64,000 nt of DNA, taken from an uncultured virus (IMG/VR IMGVR_UViG_3300025277_000015) (taxonomy: Duplodnaviria > Heunggongvirae > Uroviricota > Caudoviricetes). Both the position numbers and the translations under genes were made by a program. The DNA is taken from IMG/VR virus record IMGVR_UViG_3300025277_000015, one strand, 5' to 3'. The stretch's first letter is position 1. Every line of letters begins with the position of its first letter. Under the pieces are notes generated by a model, which worked only from the letters and a program-made list of their open reading frames with translations, was not told the DNA's origin and did no database searches. Of this stretch, positions 29,785 through 37,581 are shown piece by piece.

Positions 29785-31020
29785 TTACATATTGTTTGAT
29801 TTGACGTGGACTACTTTACCCACGCTTGGTTTCGCGGTCTTATTATCTAAGACTGTCCACAGTACAGGGCATGTCCACTGACCCCAACCACCGTACAGGT
29901 AACCATCTGTTAACACGATAACGGCTTGTGGTTTAATGCCATGCTCGGCCATATACTCTGGCACACACTCTACATTCGTACCACCGCCACCTCTCGGCTT
30001 GGTTGACTTGACCAACGTATCCAGTTCATGTGTCTCGTACTTCTCATCACGACACACCTCGGTATCCCAATACAACACGCGTACACATGACGGCTTGACC
30101 GTATCACAGATAGACTTGATCTCAGACAAGAACACCGACAATTCATTCCTGCCAATCGAGCCTGATGTATCAATAGCTAATACCAGTTCCTCGACCTTCT
30201 CAGAGATACCGCTTGGCATATAGATATCCATACCAATGTATCTGCGGTTGGGCTTGTTCCACGTAGAGTAGTCACTCCCTGCACATGTAGACGAGATGAA
30301 CTCACGCAACACCTCACGCCAGTTGACTTGGGGTTCAAGTAGCTCACCCAGATCACGCGCACCCTTGTTGCCTAGCTTCCCTGCAACCATGTCACCTTGG
30401 CGTATCGCTTCGTCGATCTCACGTTCGAGTTCTTGCTTCTCGCCCTCGGTCATCTCCTTCGCACCCTCGAAGTCATGGTCATCGAACGGCTCACCGATAG
30501 CGGTGTTTTGTTCACCTGTGGTACTTGAATCACCTCCGCCATTAACGTCGCCATCACCTGATGACGTGTTACCTTGTTTCTTCTCATACAGTAGCTTGAA
30601 CACTTCCTCGGTATTCATACCCCGATACTTCTCATCGAGACACCCACCATCGATCCACTCCACGAACCCATTCTTGTTCTCGTCCATGATCTGTATGTTG
30701 ATAACATAGTCCATTGCCATGTTTGTCAGTTCAGGATCTAGCTTGGCCAGATGTTGGTAGTTGTGAATGTGTCTGTACATCTTGTGTCCTACTTCGTGCA
30801 GTACAAGAAAGCGCAGTTGCGGATCGGTCAACCCTGCAACAAACTCACGACCATAGTACTCATCTCTACCGTTGGTGTAGGCAGTTGGTACATCATCTTT
30901 GATGCCCCTCTCACCCACCATCAACACACCAGACAACGCGGCGTAGTCATCGTTGCCCATGATAGAGACAACGGCCTTGGATAGGCGTTGCTCCTCAGTT
31001 AGATTATTTAACATTAACAT
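29785..31020 (-). CDS. DUF2201-type metallopeptidase plus vWA-like domain protein
   Basis: LVLHEVGH (HExxH), MIDAS DTSGS, GGGGT and LTDG. Confidence 0.88.
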   Translation of the reverse strand: MLMLNNLTEEQRLSKAVVSIMGNDDYAALSGVLMVGERGIKDDVPTAYTNGRDEYYGREFVAGLTDPQLRFLVLHEVGHKMYRHIHNYQHLAKLDPELTNMAMDYVINIQIMDENKNGFVEWIDGGCLDEKYRGMNTEEVFKLLYEKKQGNTSSGDGDVNGGGDSSTTGEQNTAIGEPFDDHDFEGAKEMTEGEKQELEREIDEAIRQGDMVAGKLGNKGARDLGELLEPQVNWREVLREFISSTCAGSDYSTWNKPNRRYIGMDIYMPSGISEKVEELVLAIDTSGSIGRNELSVFLSEIKSICDTVKPSCVRVLYWDTEVCRDEKYETHELDTLVKSTKPRGGGGTNVECVPEYMAEHGIKPQAVIVLTDGYLYGGWGQWTCPVLWTVLDNKTAKPSVGKVVHVKSNNM

Positions 31021-31048
31021 TTTGTTTTCCTCTCTAGCCAGTGGCTAA

Positions 31049-31147
31049 TTAAAATGGTGGTTCATCGTCGGGTTCTTCGGGCAACCATACGATATCGTAT
31101 TGAAACATCGCCCAAAGAAACTCACGTAGATTTCTACCATATAACAC
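31049..31147 (-). CDS. Very small acidic protein (about 32 aa, ends EPDDEPPF)
   Basis: GTG start just after the ATPase stop; it fills the gap up to the palindrome. Confidence 0.4.
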   Translation of the reverse strand: MLYGRNLREFLWAMFQYDIVWLPEEPDDEPPF

Positions 31148-31148
31148 C

Positions 31149-32243
31149 TTACTTCTTATCAGCAGTGAACATATACGTGTTGTCCTTCGCCCACTCAGTG
31201 AACTTGGCGTTAGACATAACCACGTCGATCCTACTGTACTTCGGGTTCCTCGCACCATTGACGAACATACCTTGGGCTTCTTTGTTTAGCCTTGGCATGT
31301 AGTCCATCCACGCGTTGATCCAGTCTTTCTCCATCGATGCCAATGATCTGTACACAACCATACACGTGGCACTCGCACTGTCTGGAACCCTCGCGTTCTT
31401 GGGATCATTCTTGATACTGTCGAGTGACGGTAATTGATCCGCTAGTTTGACAAAGGCCATCATGTCCATCGCACCTTGCTCACCGATAGTACCCATGAGT
31501 AAACTTGTTAGGGTGTGATCATCTATCGACCCTCGTGCGTGCAGTAAGTCGGACGCCATATGTAGGGAACGTGGTGTCGTAAAGGCCGTGCGTTGTAGTT
31601 GTGGGTGATAGATGTATGGGTTCTCAGTTGGGTCTTTGACATCTTCGAATGTCTGCAATACCGCAGGGAAGTCTTTGACAAACCCCAATACCGATGGGTG
31701 TACATCGTTGTTGATACCCCACTCGATCCACTCAAGGTGGTCAGGTTTACGTATCTTAACAGTTGCTACACGATCACGTTGATGTGGTAACAACATATCA
31801 CCAACGCCCTCTGCTCCAAGGTTCGTCGTGGCAAACACGATGCTTCCCTCTGGTAGTTCATAGCTACCAATCTTGCGCTCTAGTATAATACGCAGTAGTG
31901 CGTTCTTCACCGCAGGGTTAGCTTTACCGAACTCGTCAATCATCAGTATGATAGGTTTGTTCAAGTGTACGCCAAGTTCTTCATTGGTTGCATAGGTCAC
32001 ATAGTTCTGACCATCTAACTGTGCCATCTTCGGTATCATAATGTCACCGAGATCCTTGGTGGTACAGTCGAAGTAACAGGGCGTATGGTTTGGTAGTCGC
32101 TCTGCTAGTGTCGTAAGCATCGACGATTTACCGATACCCATGTGACCTTGAGCAAGTATGGTTCGCTTGTCACCATATGCCACGATTGCATCTACGCATT
32201 GGTCAAGTGACACCGCGTACATTTGTGTTGCTGAATTATTCAT
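31149..32243 (-). CDS. MoxR-like AAA+ ATPase
   Basis: Walker A GHMGIGKS, Walker B LMIDE, ATTN sensor 1, TPRS sensor 2. Confidence 0.9.
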   Translation of the reverse strand: MNNSATQMYAVSLDQCVDAIVAYGDKRTILAQGHMGIGKSSMLTTLAERLPNHTPCYFDCTTKDLGDIMIPKMAQLDGQNYVTYATNEELGVHLNKPIILMIDEFGKANPAVKNALLRIILERKIGSYELPEGSIVFATTNLGAEGVGDMLLPHQRDRVATVKIRKPDHLEWIEWGINNDVHPSVLGFVKDFPAVLQTFEDVKDPTENPYIYHPQLQRTAFTTPRSLHMASDLLHARGSIDDHTLTSLLMGTIGEQGAMDMMAFVKLADQLPSLDSIKNDPKNARVPDSASATCMVVYRSLASMEKDWINAWMDYMPRLNKEAQGMFVNGARNPKYSRIDVVMSNAKFTEWAKDNTYMFTADKK

Positions 32244-32410
32244 TTGTTTTCCTCCTCATTAATTAAATTCCATAGTTCTTCTGCGAACTCTTTGCGACCT
32301 TCAAGTATCCCATCGTCAAAGCTATCCACATCTCCTATGTCATTTTCGTATTTGGAATATGCTTGGAGTTCACCTTCTATGGCATTGTTTATTTTCTCTA
32401 TTAGTTTCAT
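32240..32410 (-). CDS. Small acidic protein (56 aa; not in the ORF track)
   Basis: MKLIEKINNAIEGEL...NEEENK. Palindrome and RBS upstream, ATGA overlap with the ATPase. Confidence 0.7.
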   Translation of the reverse strand: MKLIEKINNAIEGELQAYSKYENDIGDVDSFDDGILEGRKEFAEELWNLINEEENK

Positions 32411-32445
32411 TTTGTTTTCCTCTTTGTTGTTAGCCAGTGGCTAGA

Positions 32446-33324
32446 TTAAATACCGATTGTTGGTAATGATTTAAGAATGTCGTCCACGTTCTTCTTGGTT
32501 TGAGCGCGGAAGTGTGCGTCTTCACGTAGTGCATCAGGTGTAACACCTTGGAACACATACTCTAGTTGTTGACGTATCTTCTCCTTCTCAGGATTATTAT
32601 CGAGATTGAAGTCGGCAAGCATATCAATGAGCATCGTCGCATTGGATACGAGCGTGTCACGGAATATGTTTTTCTTCTCGCCATCATTGAAGTCGATAGT
32701 CCTGGACATCTTTGTGAGTGACTCATGTAAACGTGTCCACACATCATTCATAGATTTCTGGAACATACCATTGTAGCTTGCTTCGCAGTCTTCTTGAACT
32801 TGCTTGAGTGCTTCGGCAGGTAGATCGACACGTATGTCACCTGCATCTGGACATGGGAACGTGTATATATTCCACGCGAACTTGAGCTTAAGTTCATCTA
32901 ATGTTGGATAGTCACTCGCATTGAATAGGTCACCGAGTTTAGCCTTTGCTTGCTCTACTTGGAACTCATACTCCGTAAAGAACTTCTCACACAAACTATC
33001 AAACTCATTCTTCATGTCTGACATTGTGTTGGTGTAGTCGAAGTATCGCTTGGTTGGTATCAGGCGTTGACCACCATCGCTCCAAGGTGTCGTCATACTC
33101 ACGTGCAAGTTACGTGCATTGCCCACGTGTCTACCAATAGCTTGGAAGATATCGCTATCACCAAGAAGAGATTTGTAAACATCTGCAACACCGCTCTTGG
33201 CATTGTTTGTGTTAACAACTTCTTGTGAAGCTTTCTTGTCTTTCTTCCTAAGCGTTGCTTGTGATATGCGTAGGTCAACCAGTAGTGCTGACGACGCAAG
33301 GGTTGGGGTTGATATTGTATTCAT
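32446..33324 (-). CDS. DUF3150-like protein (292 aa)
   Basis: TTPWSDGGQRLIP...LGDLFNASDYPTLDELKLKFAW pattern recognised by eye, next to the AAA/vWA genes. Confidence 0.6.
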   Translation of the reverse strand: MNTISTPTLASSALLVDLRISQATLRKKDKKASQEVVNTNNAKSGVADVYKSLLGDSDIFQAIGRHVGNARNLHVSMTTPWSDGGQRLIPTKRYFDYTNTMSDMKNEFDSLCEKFFTEYEFQVEQAKAKLGDLFNASDYPTLDELKLKFAWNIYTFPCPDAGDIRVDLPAEALKQVQEDCEASYNGMFQKSMNDVWTRLHESLTKMSRTIDFNDGEKKNIFRDTLVSNATMLIDMLADFNLDNNPEKEKIRQQLEYVFQGVTPDALREDAHFRAQTKKNVDDILKSLPTIGI

Positions 33325-33458
33325 TGGTCTTCTCCTAAATATGATTGCATACTTTTTTCTGGTACGTTTTGAAGCAACTCTTCGATAGCGGTCATGTCAC
33401 CCATGCCCACATCTTCTTTGATTTGATCTATTACTTGATCGATAATTTCTTTACTCAT
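33321..33458 (-). CDS. Small acidic protein (45 aa; not in the ORF track)
   Basis: MSKEIIDQVIDQIKEDV..., GGAGGAG RBS, ATGA overlap. Confidence 0.6.
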   Translation of the reverse strand: MSKEIIDQVIDQIKEDVGMGDMTAIEELLQNVPEKSMQSYLGEDQ

Positions 33459-33621
33459 CTTCTCCTCCTCTGTTCCAATACTCATGGTTTGGATGTTGCA
33501 TTATAAACTCTTTACGTAGGCGGTCATGTTCTCGTCTGGTTCTGACCACCTTGGTTAACACGTATGGCACGTAAACAAGTAGTGCCCCCACGTACATTGA
33601 TATTAGTATTTCAAATGTCAT
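33451..33621 (-). CDS. Small single-pass membrane protein (56 aa; not in the ORF track)
   Basis: MTFEILISMYVGALLVYVPYVLTKVV hydrophobic N-terminus. Palindrome and RBS upstream. Confidence 0.6.
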   Translation of the reverse strand: MTFEILISMYVGALLVYVPYVLTKVVRTRREHDRLRKEFIMQHPNHEYWNRGGEDE

Positions 33622-33635
33622 TCTGTTTCTCCTCT

Positions 33636-33839
33636 CTAGCCAGTGGCTAATGATTTTTGGTTAAGGTGTTTTAGTTCTTCGACATTGGTGATACGCGTGT
33701 AACCTTGTTTAGGTAAGGGTACGACAGTCCAGCCGAGTCGGACTTGGGTCGCGTCTTGCTCACCACAATCGAGACAGGTCGTATAACCTAACATGGCTCG
33801 ATCTACTGAGAATTGATTGTCACATTTCTTACATTGCAT
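33636..33839 (-). CDS. C4 zinc-finger protein (DksA/TraR-finger-like spacing)
   Basis: CKKC...R...CLDC; first gene after a strong promoter. Confidence 0.65.
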   Translation of the reverse strand: MQCKKCDNQFSVDRAMLGYTTCLDCGEQDATQVRLGWTVVPLPKQGYTRITNVEELKHLNQKSLATG

Positions 33840-33938
33840 TTGTTTCTCCGTTTGTTGCTAGCCAGTGGCTAGGGGTTGTATGACGTGTTACTGTGTGTTG
33901 CGTCATAGTAAATAATTTTTTTTCTTGAACATACTTGC

Positions 33939-33967
33939 AGTATAACACAAGTATCGGGAAATGTCAA
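33939..33967 (-). promoter_or_regulatory. Near-consensus sigma70 promoter of the early operon
   Basis: TTGACA-17 nt-TATACT with an extended -10 TG. Confidence 0.85.
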
Positions 33968-34024
33968 ACAATGTGGTTACTTATTGTTTTCACTTATTTG
34001 GTGTTAAATGGTGGTGTTTGGTGT

Positions 34025-34397
34025 AATGTCCTGCAATGTTCCATAATGTTCCAAAGTGGTGGTCTGGAAGTGCTTGAAAAGATTGGAATGTTCCAAAGTT
34101 CCTTTTAGGTCAAAATTGGACGGTCTTGAGATGTGCGGATTTTAGAATGGAACAAATGGACTCGCGCAAAGGCGGATCTTACAGGCGGATAGTAATTTTT
34201 TACTTTTGGAACATTATAAAAATATATATATATATAGACCTTTTTACTACTACTACACATTACTGCTAGCCACTGGCTACCACCATTTACCACGAAAACA
34301 TAATGTACCTTTTTCGTAAATATTTTGGAACATTATGGAACATTACACCCCTTTTTTGGAACATTGCAATAATATCAATAACTTACGTTGGAACATT
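34025..34397. repeat. Inverted 9-bp iteron array around an AT-rich core (candidate replication origin)
   Basis: AATGTTCCA at 34035, 34045, 34087. Its reverse complement TGGAACATT at 34207, 34326, 34336, 34357, 34389. (AT)n run at about 34222-34236. Confidence 0.75.
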
Positions 34398-34502
34398 CGC
34401 TCGACGCTCCGCAGTCACTGGTATCTTTTCTAGCCATTGGCTAACGTGTTATAGTGCGAGGCTCGGTGCGTCTGAGTCACTGGTATCTTAAAAATTTGGC
34501 AC

Positions 34503-34530
34503 AAAAAAAAGGGGAGCAATTAAGCTCCCC
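34503..34530 (-). terminator. Rho-independent terminator after the 179-aa gene
   Basis: Minus strand GGGGAGC-TTAATT-GCTCCCC followed by T8. Confidence 0.88.
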
Positions 34531-34537
34531 AATAGTT

Positions 34538-35077
34538 TTATTTGATTGCTTTGAGCAATTCCAAAGTATTCTCTAATTGCTCTTGCTTGTCGAAGTCATC
34601 GACTTTTTCAATCTCTTTCTTGACTGCCGTCTTAAGCTTGGCAATCTCATCTTTAACACGTGTAAAGATATCACGAGGCGTATTTGCACCACCAGAGATT
34701 TGCTTGACCTTGCGGTTCTCGATGGCTTGTCCTAGCTTGTTAAGACCAGAGGTAATTTGGCCTTTCCAATGCGCTTGGTTCTTAGGTTTGCCACCTGTAG
34801 TAAAGTGACAGCCATTGTGATCTGGCGCCGTGTCATGGCCTTGTGCGTTCTTATTACTGATAAGCTTGATTGCTTCAGGTGTGAACCTAAGCGCAAATGC
34901 ATCGCGTAAAGCTTGTCGATCATCACCTTGAAGATCCTGCTCACGTGTCCAACCAATCTTTATCAATTGGTCAATCAACGTTGACGATCTTTTCTGGCTG
35001 GCCTTGTGGCCTTTACTATCTTCCCTCACAAGGTGAAGTGTTCGGTCGCATAGTACTACGTTTGTATTGTTTGGCAT
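34538..35077 (-). CDS. Hypothetical basic protein (179 aa), monocistronic
   Basis: AGGAGG RBS and its own terminator. Confidence 0.8.
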   Translation of the reverse strand: MPNNTNVVLCDRTLHLVREDSKGHKASQKRSSTLIDQLIKIGWTREQDLQGDDRQALRDAFALRFTPEAIKLISNKNAQGHDTAPDHNGCHFTTGGKPKNQAHWKGQITSGLNKLGQAIENRKVKQISGGANTPRDIFTRVKDEIAKLKTAVKKEIEKVDDFDKQEQLENTLELLKAIK

Positions 35078-35420
35078 AACTGCCTCCTATAAATATGCTA
35101 GCCATTGGCTAGCGGTTACATCGTCTCAAGGTTTCCCTTGCCGATAATTATTTATAACACGTGATAACGTGTTACCCTATGATATAGCGGAGTTAGCCAT
35201 TGGCTAGACCATACCCGCCCCCCATGCCCCACTTTTGCCAGACTAGTTACATACATGTATATGTATTACTATTTTCCACAAATAATTACCGAAATTTTGA
35301 GTTTGGCGACCCCACACCCCCCTTATATAGGAAGACCCCCCTATAGGAGTCCCAAAATCCTTTACAAAAAAATTTTTTATATTATAACATGTTTATCGGC
35401 TAACAACCTGCGATATAGAA

Positions 35421-36035
35421 ATGACTCTAGTAGTAGAACCTGAATTAGGTGTAAAAATAGATAAGAATACACCCTCTATTGATCTTAAGGATCGTATGGA
35501 GTCAGCAGCTAACACCGCAAAAGAGCTTGGTGAGCATGGGTTAAACGTAGAACCTACCAAGGAAGATAAGGATGTAGCAGCAAAACTTGCCGTTGCATAC
35601 GCAGATAACCCAGAAAAGACCTCTAAGAAGGCCACACCCAAGAAAGTAGCCACACTTACACCCGCATCTTTGATACTTACAGACAGTATTTTGCAGGAAT
35701 TTGGTCGTTCTGTGGTAGAGAGCTCGGTGCAGATACGTCACCTTGTGACAAATAAGCTACTATTGGAGACAGATAACCCTGATCCGCGCGTACGCATACG
35801 TGCATTGGAGCTTTTAGGTAAGATTAGTGACGTAGGGCTGTTCGCAGAGAAGTCTGAAGTGACAATAACGCACCAGTCTACGGATGATATTAAGGAAAAA
35901 CTACGAAGTAAACTCGCAAAACTCGTAAATCCGCCTCAAGAAATAGAAGATGCGATAGAAATTGACGGTGAACCCGTAGATGTGAGTAAAGAACTCGGTA
36001 TTGACGACTCCGAAGAGGGGTTTGACGATGAGTGA
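35421..36035 (+). CDS. Putative terminase small subunit
   Basis: Directly upstream of and overlapping the large terminase; helical RIRALELLGK segment. Confidence 0.6.
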   Translation: MTLVVEPELGVKIDKNTPSIDLKDRMESAANTAKELGEHGLNVEPTKEDKDVAAKLAVAYADNPEKTSKKATPKKVATLTPASLILTDSILQEFGRSVVESSVQIRHLVTNKLLLETDNPDPRVRIRALELLGKISDVGLFAEKSEVTITHQSTDDIKEKLRSKLAKLVNPPQEIEDAIEIDGEPVDVSKELGIDDSEEGFDDE

Positions 36036-37581
36036 AGCTGCTTTGGCCTTCACTGAAGAAGAAATCCAAGTAATGTTGGACAATTTAGACCATTATAGCA
36101 CAGATGAAGTGGCAGAGATTGACCGTATGGTCGATGAACTGAGTGTTCGCAAAGAAAACACCCTTGCTTATGATGATCTGATTGAATTTTGTAAGAGGAT
36201 GCAGCCTGACTACATCGTTGGGAAGCATCACAGACTATTAGCAAATATGCTTATGGGTATAGAACGAGGAGATAAAGACCGTATATGTGTAAACATACCA
36301 CCACGTCATGGTAAATCTCAACTTGTGTCTATATTTTTCCCTGCATGGTTTTTAGGAAGGAATCCGAACAAGAAGGTTATGATGGTGTCTCATACCACAG
36401 ACTTAGCGGTAGATTTTGGACGTAAAGTACGTAATTTAATCGCTACAGATGAGTATTTATCTATATTTCCCACAGTTAGGTTGGCTTCTGACTCTAAATC
36501 AGCGGGTCGTTGGAACACTAACTCTGGAGGTGAATATTATGCGTGTGGTATTGGTTCTTCTATTGCTGGGCGGGGTGCTGACCTCCTGCTCATCGATGAC
36601 CCACATTCTGAACAAGACGTCATCAATGGAAATTTCGAAGTGTTCGAAAAAGCCTACGAATGGTTCACATTTGGGGCGCGTACTCGGCTTATGCCTGGAG
36701 GTCGCGTTGCCATAATACAGACACGTTGGCATATGGACGACTTAACAGGACGTGTTGTACGGGATATGGGGCAGAATGAGCGGTCAGATCAATATGAGGT
36801 AGTCGAGTTCCCTGCAATACTAGATGTTGTAGACGAGAAAACAAATAAATCTGCTCAAAAACCCCTCTGGCCTGAGTTTTTTGACTTGGATGCCCTACTC
36901 AGAACAAAAGCGTCTATGCCTGTATTTCAGTGGAACGCGCAGTATCAACAAGAACCCACCGCTGAAGAGGCTGCTTTGGTCAAACGGGAGTGGTGGCAGA
37001 TGTGGCAGAAAGAAAGCCCCCCTGCATGTGAGTATATTATCATGTCTCTCGATGCTGCGGCAGAGACACACAACCGCGCAGACTTTACAGCATTGACCAC
37101 GTGGGGTGTGTTTTTGAACGAGGAAGTAAATAATTACAATATTATTTTGCTAAATAGCATAAAAAAGCGTATGGAGTTCCCAGAGTTAAAAGATTTGGCT
37201 ATGGAGGAGTACTCTGAGTGGGAACCAGATGCGTTCATTGTGGAGAAAAAGAGTGCGGGTACTGCGCTTTACCAAGAGATGAGACGTATGGGACTACCTG
37301 TACAAGAGTACACACCTCACAGGGGCTCAGGTGACAAATTGGCACGTTTAAACTCCGTAACTGATATTGTAGCGTCGGGGTTATGTTGGGTTCCAGAGAC
37401 ACGTTGGGCAGAAGAAGTAATAGAAGAGATTGCAGGATTCCCATTTATGAGCCATGATGACCTTGTTGACTCTACCGTAATGGCACTCATGCGTTTTAGG
37501 CAGGGTGGATTTATAAGATTACCAAATGATGAGCCTGACGAGGTTCAGTACTTTAAACAAAGACGAAGTGGATTTTATTGA
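36028..37581 (+). CDS. terL: Terminase large subunit
   Basis: PPRHGKS Walker A, LLIDDP Walker B, QTRWH, nuclease SLD and HDDLVDS. Confidence 0.95.
   Translation: MSEAALAFTEEEIQVMLDNLDHYSTDEVAEIDRMVDELSVRKENTLAYDDLIEFCKRMQPDYIVGKHHRLLANMLMGIERGDKDRICVNIPPRHGKSQLVSIFFPAWFLGRNPNKKVMMVSHTTDLAVDFGRKVRNLIATDEYLSIFPTVRLASDSKSAGRWNTNSGGEYYACGIGSSIAGRGADLLLIDDPHSEQDVINGNFEVFEKAYEWFTFGARTRLMPGGRVAIIQTRWHMDDLTGRVVRDMGQNERSDQYEVVEFPAILDVVDEKTNKSAQKPLWPEFFDLDALLRTKASMPVFQWNAQYQQEPTAEEAALVKREWWQMWQKESPPACEYIIMSLDAAAETHNRADFTALTTWGVFLNEEVNNYNIILLNSIKKRMEFPELKDLAMEEYSEWEPDAFIVEKKSAGTALYQEMRRMGLPVQEYTPHRGSGDKLARLNSVTDIVASGLCWVPETRWAEEVIEEIAGFPFMSHDDLVDSTVMALMRFRQGGFIRLPNDEPDEVQYFKQRRSGFY

Larger units (their letters stand above)
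26742..35206. promoter_or_regulatory. Dispersed family of ten 13-bp palindromes TAGCCA-N-TGGCTA
   Basis: Exact copies start at 26742, 29460, 31035, 32431, 33637, 33859, 34267, 34431, 35099 and 35194. Confidence 0.9.

Noticed and set aside
34035..34344. GTTC/GAAC repeats as alphaproteobacterial LexA boxes
   Set aside because: That box is GTTC-N7-GTTC. The pairs here are N6 or N4, and the conserved unit is a longer 9-mer.
34105..34491. Short ORFs 34105..34293 and 34303..34491
   Set aside because: They lack a convincing RBS and are by-products of the repeat-rich non-coding region.
26742..35206. Palindrome family read as a CRISPR array
   Set aside because: Repeats are only 13 bp, spacing is irregular (about 95-2700 bp) with whole genes between copies, and there is no cas operon.
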